43,863 bases of DNA from UHGV virus genome UHGV-0209067. One strand, given 5' to 3'. Position numbers and translations under genes: made by a program. The stretch's first letter is position 1. Each line of letters starts with the position of its first letter. This document shows, one piece after another, positions 32,894 through 43,702 of the stretch. Source of the DNA: a virus. The notes beneath the pieces are model-generated. The model searched no databases. It had not been told where the DNA came from and saw only the letters and a list, made by a program, of their open reading frames with translations.

Positions 32894-34396
32894 TTATTTA
32901 TTGAAATTGATGATGATATCGGCACTGTGAACAGCACCAGCATTCTTCACTGCAACCTGAACAACCGGGGATTTGCGTTCCTGCCTGTCTGCAGTTGACT
33001 GGTCTTTCAGGTCACCGGCCAGCACGTAATACCCGTTTTGCTCGATATTTCGCAGAAACATATCCCGCTCCCCGAAGAAGTCTGGCAGCGTCCAGGTACC
33101 CGGATTGAACACCCCAGCCTTCACAAACCCATGTGTGGTTTTCTCTACACAGTCCTCTAACTGATCGACACCGTAGTAGGTTTGCGGGACTTTGGTCGGC
33201 GTGGTTTTAAGGAGGTTGAAGGAATCCGTCTGCACTGCGTCAACGTAGGCCATCAGGTTATAGACGTTGTCGACAAAATCATTAGCACCGCTCGACAGCA
33301 CGCAGGGAACGTCTTTAATCGTGGTGTAGATGTCGAGACCTACGCGCTTCGCTTTGTCGATCTCCGTCTGCTCATAACTTTCGGCCGGCACGTTCATCGT
33401 TTTAAGGTGCAAAGTGATTGCAGTGCGTTCTCCGTTGAAATTAACGGTATGCGTGCGGGCCATATAGCTGACACCAAATTTCCGGTTGCCTGCTTTGCTG
33501 TAGAGCATGCGGAAATTACTCTGGCTGGCGAGTGTGACCGCCCATGCCGGATTAGCCGGATCAACTTCAAGAGCAGCGGAGCCGGTAAACGTCTCATACA
33601 CGATTACTGCATTCGCTTTAGCCCATGAAGCGATCAACGGCACCTGCACATCGAGAATTTTGTCGATGAAGGCCGCGCCTTTTACATTGACCTGCGCTTT
33701 GAGTTTGCTGAGAGATTCCAGTTGTGTTTCAGGTGAAATCTCTGTTGATGCGCTACCGTTTACCTGTGAAGCGCCGGAACCCTCTGCAACCGCCAGCAGA
33801 TCACCAATAAAAGAGCCGCCATCCAGCGCTTTCGGGAAACCAACCACAGAGTTAGCCCCTGTTGATTTGCTGGTGATTACAATACGGCTGCCATCAAAAA
33901 CAACCGATGCGACCGCTGACGTGATTTTCGTCTGGATTTGGGCGATGACATCTGCCAGTGTCGCCGCCATCATGCCATTAATTGCAGTCACATCGTGCTT
34001 CGTGCCGTCAATCTCAATACTGAATGACCAGTCAGACTTCTCACGTAACGCTGGCAGTACGACTGCCTGAGAAATCTCACCGCCACGCAGTACACCGCTG
34101 GTCGCGGGCAGAGTTTCCCCGGCAGCATTCCAGTAACCGACGATCAGCGTGCCGCCTGCAGATACCGGGTTAGGACTGGTCCCGAAAAACACATTCGCAA
34201 AAGCCGCGGTGACCGAAGAAGCCCCCCAGTCCTGTTCGACAGCAGGTGCGCTTTTGTATGAACGCCAGCGTTCAGCGGTGCTCAATACCCCCGTCTGGCT
34301 GGTAAGAATTGCGCAGACGTTGATGTTATCGCGCGCCGCCGCCCGCCCCTCTTCGAGAAGAGTCACATTAATGACGTTATTAATTGATGCCGACAT
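32894..34396 (-). CDS. contractile tail sheath protein
   Basis: 500 aa, the size of Mu L. Followed by the tube, chaperone and TMP in the canonical myovirus order. Confidence 0.65.
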   Translation of the reverse strand: MSASINNVINVTLLEEGRAAARDNINVCAILTSQTGVLSTAERWRSYKSAPAVEQDWGASSVTAAFANVFFGTSPNPVSAGGTLIVGYWNAAGETLPATSGVLRGGEISQAVVLPALREKSDWSFSIEIDGTKHDVTAINGMMAATLADVIAQIQTKITSAVASVVFDGSRIVITSKSTGANSVVGFPKALDGGSFIGDLLAVAEGSGASQVNGSASTEISPETQLESLSKLKAQVNVKGAAFIDKILDVQVPLIASWAKANAVIVYETFTGSAALEVDPANPAWAVTLASQSNFRMLYSKAGNRKFGVSYMARTHTVNFNGERTAITLHLKTMNVPAESYEQTEIDKAKRVGLDIYTTIKDVPCVLSSGANDFVDNVYNLMAYVDAVQTDSFNLLKTTPTKVPQTYYGVDQLEDCVEKTTHGFVKAGVFNPGTWTLPDFFGERDMFLRNIEQNGYYVLAGDLKDQSTADRQERKSPVVQVAVKNAGAVHSADIIINFNK

Positions 34397-34885
34397 TTAT
34401 TTGTCCTCTAAAAATTGAAACTCCGGCGTATCGATGCGCAGTGTCTGCACGTCCCGCGCAGGGGCATACTGAACATTGAAACTCAGGTGAACACGGTTGC
34501 CGTGGGACTGCCCCAGGAGTTGCCCCACATCGATGATGTTTGAGACGGCCATGATGGTGAGTGAATGCGTGCGGCGCAGTTCGTTGGCGTGCTGGCTTTC
34601 ACTCAGCATCAGGAAGCTTTCAGCATTGACGTAAGCCTTATCCCCGTAAAACTCCAGGACAATCGCGTGGCTCACTGAGGCGCTATAAGTCATCACTTCC
34701 GCGTCACCATTAAAGCGCTGGCCACGGGCCAGCACTGATTGCGGTAGTGAGCCGTTTACCACGATATAACTGGTGGAAAAGTCGGACGCCTGCACGTTCC
34801 GACGGTCGAACTTGATCAGCTGCTCGTCGTAGTCCAGAAGGTCACGTACGAAACGCGCGACAGCTTTCAGATGGGGTTGTGTCAT
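34397..34885 (-). CDS. head-tail joining / neck protein
   Basis: 162 aa, ATGA-coupled. Between the head and sheath genes. Confidence 0.35.
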   Translation of the reverse strand: MTQPHLKAVARFVRDLLDYDEQLIKFDRRNVQASDFSTSYIVVNGSLPQSVLARGQRFNGDAEVMTYSASVSHAIVLEFYGDKAYVNAESFLMLSESQHANELRRTHSLTIMAVSNIIDVGQLLGQSHGNRVHLSFNVQYAPARDVQTLRIDTPEFQFLEDK

Positions 34886-35238
34886 GGCGTTGGCACCAGT
34901 AGCGGGAGCCGGGTTTCCTCGGCGATGACAGCGCAGAATCCGTAATCCATAAAATCGGCCGGGGACACGACTTTGTAGTCCTTGCCTCCCTTCTCAATAA
35001 ACTGACCGGTTTCAATTTTCAGCCGTGCATGAATCAGCAGATATTCTTTCGACCAGTCCAGGCTATCCAGCGTCAGATTCTCTTTGTTCGCACTTTGCAC
35101 CACCGCCAGAATGTCCTGGCTGTTAACAGTCACGACCGGTTCAAAATCGATGGTGGTTTCAGTGCGGGTTTTGAGTTTTACAGGCTGTTCCCAGCCGATT
35201 AACGCGTCGCTCATATCAAGGTCTGATAAGTCGCTCAC
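34882..35238 (-). CDS. head-tail joining / neck protein
   Basis: 118 aa. Synteny only. Confidence 0.35.
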   Translation of the reverse strand: MSDLSDLDMSDALIGWEQPVKLKTRTETTIDFEPVVTVNSQDILAVVQSANKENLTLDSLDWSKEYLLIHARLKIETGQFIEKGGKDYKVVSPADFMDYGFCAVIAEETRLPLLVPTP

Positions 35239-35807
35239 TTACGAACCTCCCACGTTATGGCACCACGCAGGGCGCCTGTATCAATTAACGGCGCAGACGA
35301 TCCTTTAGCCTTTTTAGTTGCAGCAGTGATATCCGGCCACGTGCCATACCCGGCAGTCTCAAAGGCCTTCACGCTGATATTTCGCGCCGTCGCGCCTATC
35401 AAATTTAAAGCGGTGTCAGCATCCATACGCCCGGAGCCTACGGCTTCACAGGCCTTTTCGATTGCCCGATTAATTTCCGACTTTTTGAGGGTGAAAGGAG
35501 CGCGAAGAAAGGAGCGTTCGGGAATAGTTATCTTGTGGGCTGCCGTAAAGCCGCTAACCGGTCCCATGAAGGTCTTGCGGGTAAACGTAGCTTTTCCACC
35601 GGTTGCCATATACCCCGTCCCGCCAGGGTGATCGATTTCAGCACCGAACTCGTGAACCGCCCCGATCTCAATTATCGATGTTCCGTCATCGCGGGTTTTA
35701 TTTCCCACCTTGCCCGCTGGCAAACCTACTGCAACGTAATGCGTTTTCATCGCCTGCAGGTTCTTCAGGTATTCGGTGGTAAGCTTTAGCGTTTCTTCCG
35801 GAGTCAT
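35235..35807 (-). CDS. virion structural protein (head completion/neck)
   Basis: Start ATG at 35807 (GGAG RBS); the ORF track's 35816 start is a GTG. Synteny only. Confidence 0.35.
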   Translation of the reverse strand: MTPEETLKLTTEYLKNLQAMKTHYVAVGLPAGKVGNKTRDDGTSIIEIGAVHEFGAEIDHPGGTGYMATGGKATFTRKTFMGPVSGFTAAHKITIPERSFLRAPFTLKKSEINRAIEKACEAVGSGRMDADTALNLIGATARNISVKAFETAGYGTWPDITAATKKAKGSSAPLIDTGALRGAITWEVRK

Positions 35808-35826
35808 AAAAAACACTCCCTGTTAA

Positions 35827-36189
35827 CTACCGTATCGCCAGCACATGCACACCTACCAGCTTACGAAGCCTCAGATACTCCTGGCCGAATGAGCTTGAGC
35901 CGTATCCATCATGGCTGGTCCCAAACCCGGCATCGGGAGCGGAAAATCCCAAAGAGACCCCGGCGACTGAGCGGCTTGTCATGCTCTGGACAGGCTTGCC
36001 ATTGCGGCTGCCGGAGGGAGTGAGCGCGCCAGCCGCATACAGCAGATGCGCCGCTAAAGCATGAAGCCCTTGCTCGTAGAGCTTGTTCCACACCTTACGG
36101 CTCATCTGGTTAGCTGCATCCTGTAGCGCCCCCTCTATGCGAGCAGGGGCAACACTGGCGAACTCAGGGTAACGAACGGTGAATTCCAT
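35827..36189 (-). CDS. head-tail adaptor-like protein
   Basis: Likely start MEFTVRYPEF at 36189, overlapping the capsid gene end. Synteny only. Confidence 0.35.
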   Translation of the reverse strand: MEFTVRYPEFASVAPARIEGALQDAANQMSRKVWNKLYEQGLHALAAHLLYAAGALTPSGSRNGKPVQSMTSRSVAGVSLGFSAPDAGFGTSHDGYGSSSFGQEYLRLRKLVGVHVLAIR

Positions 36190-36203
36190 GCTACCCCCTG
36201 TGA

Positions 36204-37172
36204 TTACTCTGCCGGTGAGGATTTGTAATCGACATACACCGCGGACTGCGGCTGTTTCCACATCGCACCACCGAAGGCAGAACGATAACCACACTCATAG
36301 GTCAGCAGATCACGCTGTCGTGCCGCCAGCAACTCCGGCATATGCACTTCCATTTCGATGTAATCGGCTTCGTAGGTGTAGATGGCCAGGCGGGTTTTGC
36401 CCGATTTGATACCTACCGCGTAATTGCTCGGGACTTTCACGAAAGTAATGTTGAAGGACTCATTACCAGAAGCCTTACGCAGCGCCGCCATAATGCGATC
36501 CATCGCCGCTATCGGAAGCAGGTCAGTACCCACAACGATCGGGTTCGGGTCGAATTTCTGCATGGCGAGCATAAAGTCGCTGGCGTCCATCGCAATATGT
36601 GTTGGCTGGATGCGATAGCTGGATTTACGCCAGGCCACGTTGTAAGCATCCAGCACCAGCTTCACGAATTCATCAGAGGTCATTTCGGCGATGGTTTTGC
36701 CTGAAGCATCGATGACAACCTGAACCTTCTCGCCTGTCAGCAACCCTTCCTGCCCTTTAACTCCGCGATGGCCTACGTATCCCGCGTACTGGATTGTTGC
36801 GAGGGCGTTGGCATACAAATCATCCTGCTTTTTGGTCTGCAGGTTGATGTTCAGACGTGCGATCTTCTCCAGTTCCTGCTGAGTCCAGGTTGCGGCTTTA
36901 GCCCACTGGCCAACAGGCGCTTTCAGCCATTCGATATCACTATCAATGGTTTTCAGGCTGTTGGTTTTGTTACCAATGATGCCGTCTTTAACCGAGCCGA
37001 CCACTTCGGACACGCCGAAATCCACATATTCCAGGGAGAAATCGAGGCCTTCTTTGACCGGGAGAGCCTCGCCGATATTAATCTCCGGCAGCTCTTTTTC
37101 CTGTAACTCCATGTCACGTTCGGTCAGCGCTTCCTGCAGCACTTCTTCGAAATCTGCTGATTCCATAGGCAT
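36204..37172 (-). CDS. major capsid protein
   Basis: 322 aa. Follows the scaffold-like and decoration-like genes and precedes the neck genes. Strong RBS. Confidence 0.6.
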   Translation of the reverse strand: MPMESADFEEVLQEALTERDMELQEKELPEINIGEALPVKEGLDFSLEYVDFGVSEVVGSVKDGIIGNKTNSLKTIDSDIEWLKAPVGQWAKAATWTQQELEKIARLNINLQTKKQDDLYANALATIQYAGYVGHRGVKGQEGLLTGEKVQVVIDASGKTIAEMTSDEFVKLVLDAYNVAWRKSSYRIQPTHIAMDASDFMLAMQKFDPNPIVVGTDLLPIAAMDRIMAALRKASGNESFNITFVKVPSNYAVGIKSGKTRLAIYTYEADYIEMEVHMPELLAARQRDLLTYECGYRSAFGGAMWKQPQSAVYVDYKSSPAE

Positions 37173-37175
37173 TGG

Positions 37176-37667
37176 TTATGCTCCTTCCGTCTGCTGAACT
37201 GCCTGTTGTACGTAGCCCAGGGTGATAGCCACGCAGTTATTACCCGCGCTCACATCTTCCACCCAGTAGCCTAAATCAATATTGCCGGCTGCTTCTGTCG
37301 TCACCTTTCCGGCATCGGCACCCGTCGCCACGATGTATGCCGCCGCGCCACGAGTAAAATCAGCGTCATCGACTGTCAGCGCGCCAACACAATCGCCGTG
37401 GGAAAAATGCCCGACGTTGACCTGCTTGTTGTGCGGTGCACCATCACCGTAGATATCACGCACCACGATCCCATGAATGCGTTTGCCAGCTGCAAGAGGC
37501 ATCACGCCGCCGTCCGGGTTGACAGCTACAAACGTGCCGTAGGGCAACTTCGTTTCGGTCAGGTTCTCTTCCCCCCAGACTTTATCGTTAGAGCTGGAGG
37601 CGCGTTTGATTGAACCTGGTTTAATAGTGCCGTCGGCACCATCCCAGTCAGTGAATCCGAAAGTCAT
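37176..37667 (-). CDS. head-associated protein (possible decoration/cement protein)
   Basis: 163 aa, Gly/Ala-rich. Lies between the scaffold-like and capsid genes. Confidence 0.35.
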   Translation of the reverse strand: MTFGFTDWDGADGTIKPGSIKRASSSNDKVWGEENLTETKLPYGTFVAVNPDGGVMPLAAGKRIHGIVVRDIYGDGAPHNKQVNVGHFSHGDCVGALTVDDADFTRGAAAYIVATGADAGKVTTEAAGNIDLGYWVEDVSAGNNCVAITLGYVQQAVQQTEGA

Positions 37668-37669
37668 AG

Positions 37670-38815
37670 TTATTTACCCCCAAGGCGTTGAGTTGCGGTT
37701 TTAGTGCTTTTGTTCGCGGAGTCGTTAAACAGATGAGCACCGATTTCACTGCGTGGCTTCGAGGTGGCCTGAATGGCTGCATAAGCCGCGCGGACTTCGC
37801 TGTCAGTCATTGCTTTGACCTCAGCATCGTTAAATGCTTTAGTGCTCAGCAGTACGGCGGCGCGCACGTCACGCGCTGATTTGGCATCATTGAAGCTGAC
37901 TTTAGGGAAACGGGATTTCGCGTCTGCCAGTGTGGTGCTGGTTTCATTGCCGGATTTCAGCTGCTCCAGTTCTTCTTCCAGTGCTTTAACCTTCGCTTTC
38001 AGATCGGCGTTTTCGGTTTCCAGCGCAGTGATTTTCGCATCCTTGTCGTCACCACCAGCGGCAGGATCTTCATCGTTCGGCGATGGTGCCCCCGTCATGC
38101 CTTCCAGTTGAGTTTTAAGGTCAGCGAGTTGTGCCAGCACTTCCTGAGCCTTTGCCGTCGCCTCGTCAGTCCCTTGCCCCTGGAGTTCTGCCAGTGCTTT
38201 TTCCAGCGCGGCGATCATGCCGACCAGTTCGTCAGGAGTTAGCGCTGCACCGTCCGCATCCTTCAGTTTTTTGCCCTTCAGGAAACTCAGGGCGTCAGTT
38301 AATGTTTTGAACATCGGCTTACCTTTTTTGTCGTTTAACTTACACTGAGGCCCGTAGCGCCCCTCTGCCACGCCCGCGACATGATTGCCGCGAATGTTGA
38401 TGTGGTAATACTTACCGCCCCTTTCCTCGAGTTCAGCAGGCTCATATCCAACGGATACTTCACGTATCCCCGTTTCTTCCAGTGTCTTAATTGCAACGGC
38501 ATCCGTCAGATAAACGTCGCAAACCACCTCGCCGCCCTCGATACGGGTATTGGCTATATGCCCGGATGCTTTGTCTTTGTGGTCAGTGGCGGTGACTTCC
38601 CCGTCGTCGGGGTGCGTTATGGTGAACGGGAGGCCATTGAATGAAGCGAGTGTTTCAGGTTTTGATAATTCGTCGAGAGTGCGGACAACAGTGATTTTTT
38701 TGTTGGCATCGCTGCCAGTGAGCCCCAGTTCGTGACCGTAATATTCAATCGGCCCGGCGCGGGTGATCGTCGCAGTGGTAATCACATACCCCTGCGGTGT
38801 TCGTTTCCACTTCAT
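37670..38815 (-). CDS. scaffolding / prohead-protease-like protein
   Basis: 381 aa. N-terminal globular region followed by a long Ala/Glu/Lys-rich coiled-coil (LEKALAELQGQ...ENADLKAKVKALEEELEQLKSG), typical of scaffolds. Confidence 0.5.
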   Translation of the reverse strand: MKWKRTPQGYVITTATITRAGPIEYYGHELGLTGSDANKKITVVRTLDELSKPETLASFNGLPFTITHPDDGEVTATDHKDKASGHIANTRIEGGEVVCDVYLTDAVAIKTLEETGIREVSVGYEPAELEERGGKYYHINIRGNHVAGVAEGRYGPQCKLNDKKGKPMFKTLTDALSFLKGKKLKDADGAALTPDELVGMIAALEKALAELQGQGTDEATAKAQEVLAQLADLKTQLEGMTGAPSPNDEDPAAGGDDKDAKITALETENADLKAKVKALEEELEQLKSGNETSTTLADAKSRFPKVSFNDAKSARDVRAAVLLSTKAFNDAEVKAMTDSEVRAAYAAIQATSKPRSEIGAHLFNDSANKSTKTATQRLGGK

Positions 38816-38818
38816 TGA

Positions 38819-39691
38819 TTAATCCCATGAGACGTAAGGGAGGGCCAGGCACCGGCATTGATAGTCTTCTCCTGGCTTACCGATAAATGCTCCGATGGTG
38901 GAACGTTTCTTCCACGTTTTACCGCCGTCGTCTGAATAGACTGTCGGATCCGAATATTTGCAAAGCATGCTGTTCAGAACGAAATGGTTTTCCCGTTCAC
39001 GTTCGTCGCCAGTACCTCCCCACTCATACAGGTCAAGTCCAAGCGCCACATTGCGCGCTTCAGTCAGGTCTGCGTTCAGTTTTGAGGTCTGGTCACGAGC
39101 GATGAACCTTGCTCGATTGCGGGTGACCTCCCCACGCTCCTTAATCAGGTCAATGAGGTTTTCATGTCGGCCACCATCTTTCATGTTCTCGAAAACCGCC
39201 GCGCCGATATCGTGGATAAAATCGGTATGGATGGAGGTGATCAGGTCAACGTTGTCATTAACCGCCTTTTCCATTTCTGGCTTTATCGCGCCATCGCCGA
39301 GCATCCCGGTCAGGTCGATCCCAAAAGCCTGCGAGAATGTGCGCTGCGTCTGCTCTTTGTTCTGCAGGTTTGCCCGCGCAACGAATCCGGCAGAAAGTCG
39401 GGCGGCGACCTCCTGAATTGAAATGCTCGCCAGACGCTGCATGACAGCGGCAAGACGCGTCGTAATCGAGAGAGGTGTGCTATCAGGGGCATCGGTAAGC
39501 ACAGGCTTACCCAACTCGTCAATAAACGCCTGGACCATGTTGTCGATAAAATCCGTCAGCCTGTCCCGGTACCATACCTCTGCTCGCTTACTGGCGGTCG
39601 GTGGACGCATTCGCCGACGGCGCGGTTTCAAACGTCCCTGCTTACGCTCAAGAAGCAGTTTTAATTCCATAATCCCCTCAGAAGCCAGCAT
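38819..39691 (-). CDS. head morphogenesis protein, Mu F-like / SPP1 gp7 family
   Basis: 290 aa. C-terminal GEDYQCRC motif and overall pattern of the Phage_Mu_F minor capsid family. Directly after the portal gene. Start may be at 39670. Confidence 0.65.
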   Translation of the reverse strand: MLASEGIMELKLLLERKQGRLKPRRRRMRPPTASKRAEVWYRDRLTDFIDNMVQAFIDELGKPVLTDAPDSTPLSITTRLAAVMQRLASISIQEVAARLSAGFVARANLQNKEQTQRTFSQAFGIDLTGMLGDGAIKPEMEKAVNDNVDLITSIHTDFIHDIGAAVFENMKDGGRHENLIDLIKERGEVTRNRARFIARDQTSKLNADLTEARNVALGLDLYEWGGTGDERERENHFVLNSMLCKYSDPTVYSDDGGKTWKKRSTIGAFIGKPGEDYQCRCLALPYVSWD

Positions 39692-40970
39692 TCGCCCCGG
39701 CGCTGACTATCGCCTTGATTTCAGATTCGGTAACAGTCTTCAGCACGCCGCGGTTTACCATCTCCCTGATGGCAACCTCTTCCGTCAGAATTGACGACGT
39801 TACCAGCGTATTGAAGCCCGTCGCATACTGGCTAAACCGGTTAGCTTCATCTGCCTCGTTGATGCTGTCGATTGTCGGATATTCGTAGGTAAGGCTTTCC
39901 GTAATGGCGAGTTTGTCCAGCGTGAACTGGTCGGCAAAATCCTGCATAGGGCGAAGCCGGGACTCCTGCAGGCCGTTAATCGTCTCGTAATAGGATTTAT
40001 TGTCTTCTTCGCCGCTGCTGAACCCGCTGGCCGACTCACCAAAGAGAACCGTTATGGGCCTGTCCAGCGCACCGGCCAGTACAATCGCCATTTTGCTAAT
40101 CACATCCGACAGCCCGGTAAATTGCGCGTTTTTCTGCTCATAGCGCCCCTGTGCCTGAGTATCACCAGCATCAATCAATAACATCCCGGTTGAAGATTTG
40201 GTGTCCTTCATCACCCTGGCATACTCGCGAACCTGCCCTTCCTGACCAGCTGCGATCTGGTTATTCATGCCGGGGATAAACAGCACATCGACGTTTGCCT
40301 CCTGTATGGTGTCGCCGGTGCTGAGGATTGCTGTGTCGAAGGTTTTGATGTGCTCATAGGGTGCCTGAAGGTCTGACGTACCAAACTTTGCGCGATCCTT
40401 AATGCTGTGATTGCCCAGCTTTGTCCGGCAGCAGCGGGAATGATGAAACCTGAGTTGCTTCGTCCCGACGTCAAGTTGATACGTTAGCGGCTCACCGAAA
40501 CAATCCGAACGTATGTCGGTAATGACATTACTGTCCGGCGTGTACTCCCCTTTACGGAACACCAGGAATTTAATGATATCTTCGCTCTGCAAATTGAGCG
40601 GCAGGGCGATCTGGTCATCAGCACAATCAGTGATAGCCACGATTAGCGAATCTCCCAGCAGGGAGGCCCACCCCAGCGCGCTGTGAAAGACTGCGTTCAA
40701 TTTCAGTTCTTTTTCGGCATCAGCGATGCGCTTGGTTATGGAGCTATCGACATCGCCAGAAAATTTACGGGGCAACTTCAGCATGTCGTCGGCGGTTTTG
40801 TTGATGTACTTTTTCACCACCCACGATTTTTTATACATCGCGAGCAGCTCTTTATCAGGTACGTCAGGCTTACGGCTGCTATACCGTACTGCGCCAATCT
40901 TCTCGCCGAGCGAGGTCATTAAGCTAACCAGGCCATCATTCAGACGACCAACGATATTTTTTCTCGTCAT
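39678..40970 (-). CDS. portal protein
   Basis: 430 aa, start overlaps the terminase large stop (ATGA). Canonical position between terminase and Mu F-like. Confidence 0.7.
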   Translation of the reverse strand: MTRKNIVGRLNDGLVSLMTSLGEKIGAVRYSSRKPDVPDKELLAMYKKSWVVKKYINKTADDMLKLPRKFSGDVDSSITKRIADAEKELKLNAVFHSALGWASLLGDSLIVAITDCADDQIALPLNLQSEDIIKFLVFRKGEYTPDSNVITDIRSDCFGEPLTYQLDVGTKQLRFHHSRCCRTKLGNHSIKDRAKFGTSDLQAPYEHIKTFDTAILSTGDTIQEANVDVLFIPGMNNQIAAGQEGQVREYARVMKDTKSSTGMLLIDAGDTQAQGRYEQKNAQFTGLSDVISKMAIVLAGALDRPITVLFGESASGFSSGEEDNKSYYETINGLQESRLRPMQDFADQFTLDKLAITESLTYEYPTIDSINEADEANRFSQYATGFNTLVTSSILTEEVAIREMVNRGVLKTVTESEIKAIVSAGANAGF

Positions 40971-42388
40971 TACATGATGTCCAGTGGGCTAAGAGTTTTA
41001 CGTTGGTATAAATCGCGCAGCGCCTGCGTCATGCCATCGACCTGATCGTCGTTAGCGCCAACAGGGAAGGAAGTGATCTCTTCGACGAACTCCGTTATCC
41101 ATGGGGCTGTATCCGGGTGCGGAAGATAAACGTTACCCGCCTCCCACACTGCGGTAATCGCATGTGCGCGGGCTACCTTGCTACCGTCCGGTTCTACCGG
41201 CACCAGTCCGGCCACGGTACTTTTCAGTGAGTCGATAACCGCCGGGCCGTTAGCCTTGTCCTCCACCAGCTTGCGAAGGCCTTTAGGGAATTCGTCGGAC
41301 ATTCGCTTAACGGCTTTGAGCGTTGCGGTAAAGCTCATGCGCGCACGCACCTGGTGAAGCAGGTAAGCGTTCGCGCCTTTTTTGCCCCACACTTGGCCGA
41401 CGACAAAGTCGGTACCTTCGCTGTCCTTAAACGTCATATCCCAGCTGTGCACCATCGTGTCAAAGCTGGTCGGCAGGTCTTTCGGCAGGTAGTACCGGAC
41501 CCACTCGTCTTTGAAGATTGCCCCGCCTTCCTGCTTCGGTGACTGCTGATACATCGCGGACCAGAAGTAATCCCCCAGGATAGCTTTTGTCTCTAACAGC
41601 TTGTCGATCGGGTGCAGGTCAGGCACCAGCGCTTCGCCACGTTCGTTAATAGCGGGGAACGCCAGCACTTTAGCTTTCGGGGTTTTCTCCACCACACGAC
41701 CGGACAAATCGTCTGTCGCCCAGCGGGTGGCCATGATGATTTCGCCGCTGTTCTTCGACAGGCGCGTTTTGAACGTCGAAACGTACCAGTTCCAGATGGA
41801 TTTTTTTGTTGTCGGCGACAGCGCTTCTTTCGAGTTTTTTATCGGGTCATCGATGATACCGAGATCGATTTTTTTACCCGTTAACGGGCCGCCGACGCCC
41901 GCACAGACATACGTCCCTTTATGGTTGGCAATTCCGAATTCGTCGGTGTTGCGCTTCACCGCCACGCCATCAGCGGGCTTATTGCCCAGCCATGCTCCAG
42001 GGAATATGTTGCGGTATTCAGGTGTAGACATAATCCGCTGAACATCAGCGTTCATGTCTCCAGCCAGGTCAGCAGAATACGACAGCGCACCCACGCGCAT
42101 TTCCGGGTACTTGCCGAAGAAATACGCTGGCAGGTAACGCGAAACGATATCCGATTTACCATGCTGCGGCGGCGCGCCGAGAATAAGTATCGGGCGCAGC
42201 CCGTTCATCATATCCAGCAGGAATTGATCCAGCTCGTCGCAAACCGTCTGAGAGAACTTGCTGGTGATGTATTCGGGGTTAATGTACTGAATGAAGTCGT
42301 GGAGGCTTACCCGCGCATTACGTCGTTTGAGTAACTCGGCCGCTGCTTCCTGCTTACTTACCAGCGATAATTGCGGCGAGCTGCTCAT
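40970..42388 (-). CDS. terminase large subunit
   Basis: 472 aa. N-terminal ATPase with Walker A-like ILGAPPQHGKS and Walker B LGIIDD. C-terminal RNase H-like nuclease with acidic residues (ANDDQVD). Confidence 0.9.
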   Translation of the reverse strand: MSSSPQLSLVSKQEAAAELLKRRNARVSLHDFIQYINPEYITSKFSQTVCDELDQFLLDMMNGLRPILILGAPPQHGKSDIVSRYLPAYFFGKYPEMRVGALSYSADLAGDMNADVQRIMSTPEYRNIFPGAWLGNKPADGVAVKRNTDEFGIANHKGTYVCAGVGGPLTGKKIDLGIIDDPIKNSKEALSPTTKKSIWNWYVSTFKTRLSKNSGEIIMATRWATDDLSGRVVEKTPKAKVLAFPAINERGEALVPDLHPIDKLLETKAILGDYFWSAMYQQSPKQEGGAIFKDEWVRYYLPKDLPTSFDTMVHSWDMTFKDSEGTDFVVGQVWGKKGANAYLLHQVRARMSFTATLKAVKRMSDEFPKGLRKLVEDKANGPAVIDSLKSTVAGLVPVEPDGSKVARAHAITAVWEAGNVYLPHPDTAPWITEFVEEITSFPVGANDDQVDGMTQALRDLYQRKTLSPLDIM

Positions 42389-43352
42389 CAGTCAGATCCT
42401 CCGCGCTTACTGTGTGATTATGCTGTATTGGCTCACCATTCGGGCCACTTAACTCAGTTTTGGTTTTCAGCATTCCGAGGTGCTGTGCGACCATCTTCAT
42501 AGCCTCATCCTGATTGCGAGTGATCATTTCAAGGCCAAATTTGCCCTCTTTAATCCCGGCAAAAAGGCGGCGTTCTGCGCCCTTCAAATCTCGCGTGTCG
42601 TGGAAAACAGGACGGCTCAGACCAACGCCATTGCAGCGGGGGCAATCCGGGTTCGGATCCAGTGTGCCGTCGTAGCCGTAGCCGCCTGTATCCTTAGGCA
42701 GTATGGCACCTTCCTTCCCCTTAACCTTTTCTTCCGCTTCCTCAAACTCAACTGCATCGCGCCACTGGTAGTTAAAACCGAGCCCCCAGCAGTAACGGCA
42801 ACAGCCGCGGTGATGTTCAGTCAGTTGCGTAGCGTCTGCCGTCGCAATGTCCCACCACCATTTCAACACTTCGTCCTGCGTTACCTTCACTCTTCGCGAA
42901 CGTTCATCCAGCGCGTCGCGGATTGCCTGGCTGACCTTAGCATTTCTTAGCAATCGAGAGGCGTTAACGTAAGCCGTATTGCCTTCGCCTTTGTAGCCAG
43001 CCCGCTTGTATGCAGCGGTCCTGTTCAGATCGAGAAGATACTCTTCGACAAACCTGATCTGCATATCGTTAAGGCCGTAATTGCGCAGGTTGAAGGGTTG
43101 CGCACTTTCCTGTATATCGGTCTGCGCATCAGTTGAGGATTGCTCATACTGCGCAGTGGTAGGGGCTTGTTCAGTCTGCGCATTGCGCACTTTCTTCTGC
43201 GCAGTTTTTTGCGCAGTTGGCTTTTTGATATAGCGCCGCGCAGATGTGTAATTCAGTCCCTGCGCTTCACACCAGTCTTTGGGGGAAATACCGGATTTAG
43301 CATGCTCGGCGAGGAACTGGTGTTGCAGTGCTCCCCAGTCCGGTTTTGCCAT
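42354..43352 (-). CDS. terminase small subunit (long form with N-terminal DNA-binding domain)
   Basis: 332 aa. Terminase_2-like segment MQIRFVEEYLLDLNRTAAYKRAGY. Overlaps the large subunit start by 35 nt. Confidence 0.7.
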   Translation of the reverse strand: MAKPDWGALQHQFLAEHAKSGISPKDWCEAQGLNYTSARRYIKKPTAQKTAQKKVRNAQTEQAPTTAQYEQSSTDAQTDIQESAQPFNLRNYGLNDMQIRFVEEYLLDLNRTAAYKRAGYKGEGNTAYVNASRLLRNAKVSQAIRDALDERSRRVKVTQDEVLKWWWDIATADATQLTEHHRGCCRYCWGLGFNYQWRDAVEFEEAEEKVKGKEGAILPKDTGGYGYDGTLDPNPDCPRCNGVGLSRPVFHDTRDLKGAERRLFAGIKEGKFGLEMITRNQDEAMKMVAQHLGMLKTKTELSGPNGEPIQHNHTVSAEDLTDEQLAAIIAGK

Positions 43353-43414
43353 ATCTGATCACCTGCCTGTTTGTCATTATCGCAGACACTCATGGAATGC
43401 CTGCTGTAATGCCG

Positions 43415-43618
43415 TTAGTCGTCAAGCTGCAATACACCGTGATCCAGTGAATCTGAGTAAGCGAGTAGTCCTTTATATTCGGGGATAACCTCACCATCAT
43501 CAGCTTCGAACTCAGGGATTGTCCCGGTAGTGATAGTGTATTGTGGCTGGCCATCTTCTTTCGCGAATGCTGCCAGGTCTTCAATCTGCGTAGCTGTAAG
43601 AACTACTGTCATGCGCAT
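43415..43618 (-). CDS. small acidic hypothetical protein
   Basis: 67 aa ORF upstream of the small terminase. No recognisable domain. Confidence 0.3.
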   Translation of the reverse strand: MRMTVVLTATQIEDLAAFAKEDGQPQYTITTGTIPEFEADDGEVIPEYKGLLAYSDSLDHGVLQLDD

Positions 43619-43702
43619 ACCTCAGTTGTTAAAAAGCCCCGCTATTGCGAGGCCTAGGGTTATTTGTATCGCGACCGACTACCTGTGAATGATAAAAAGC
43701 GA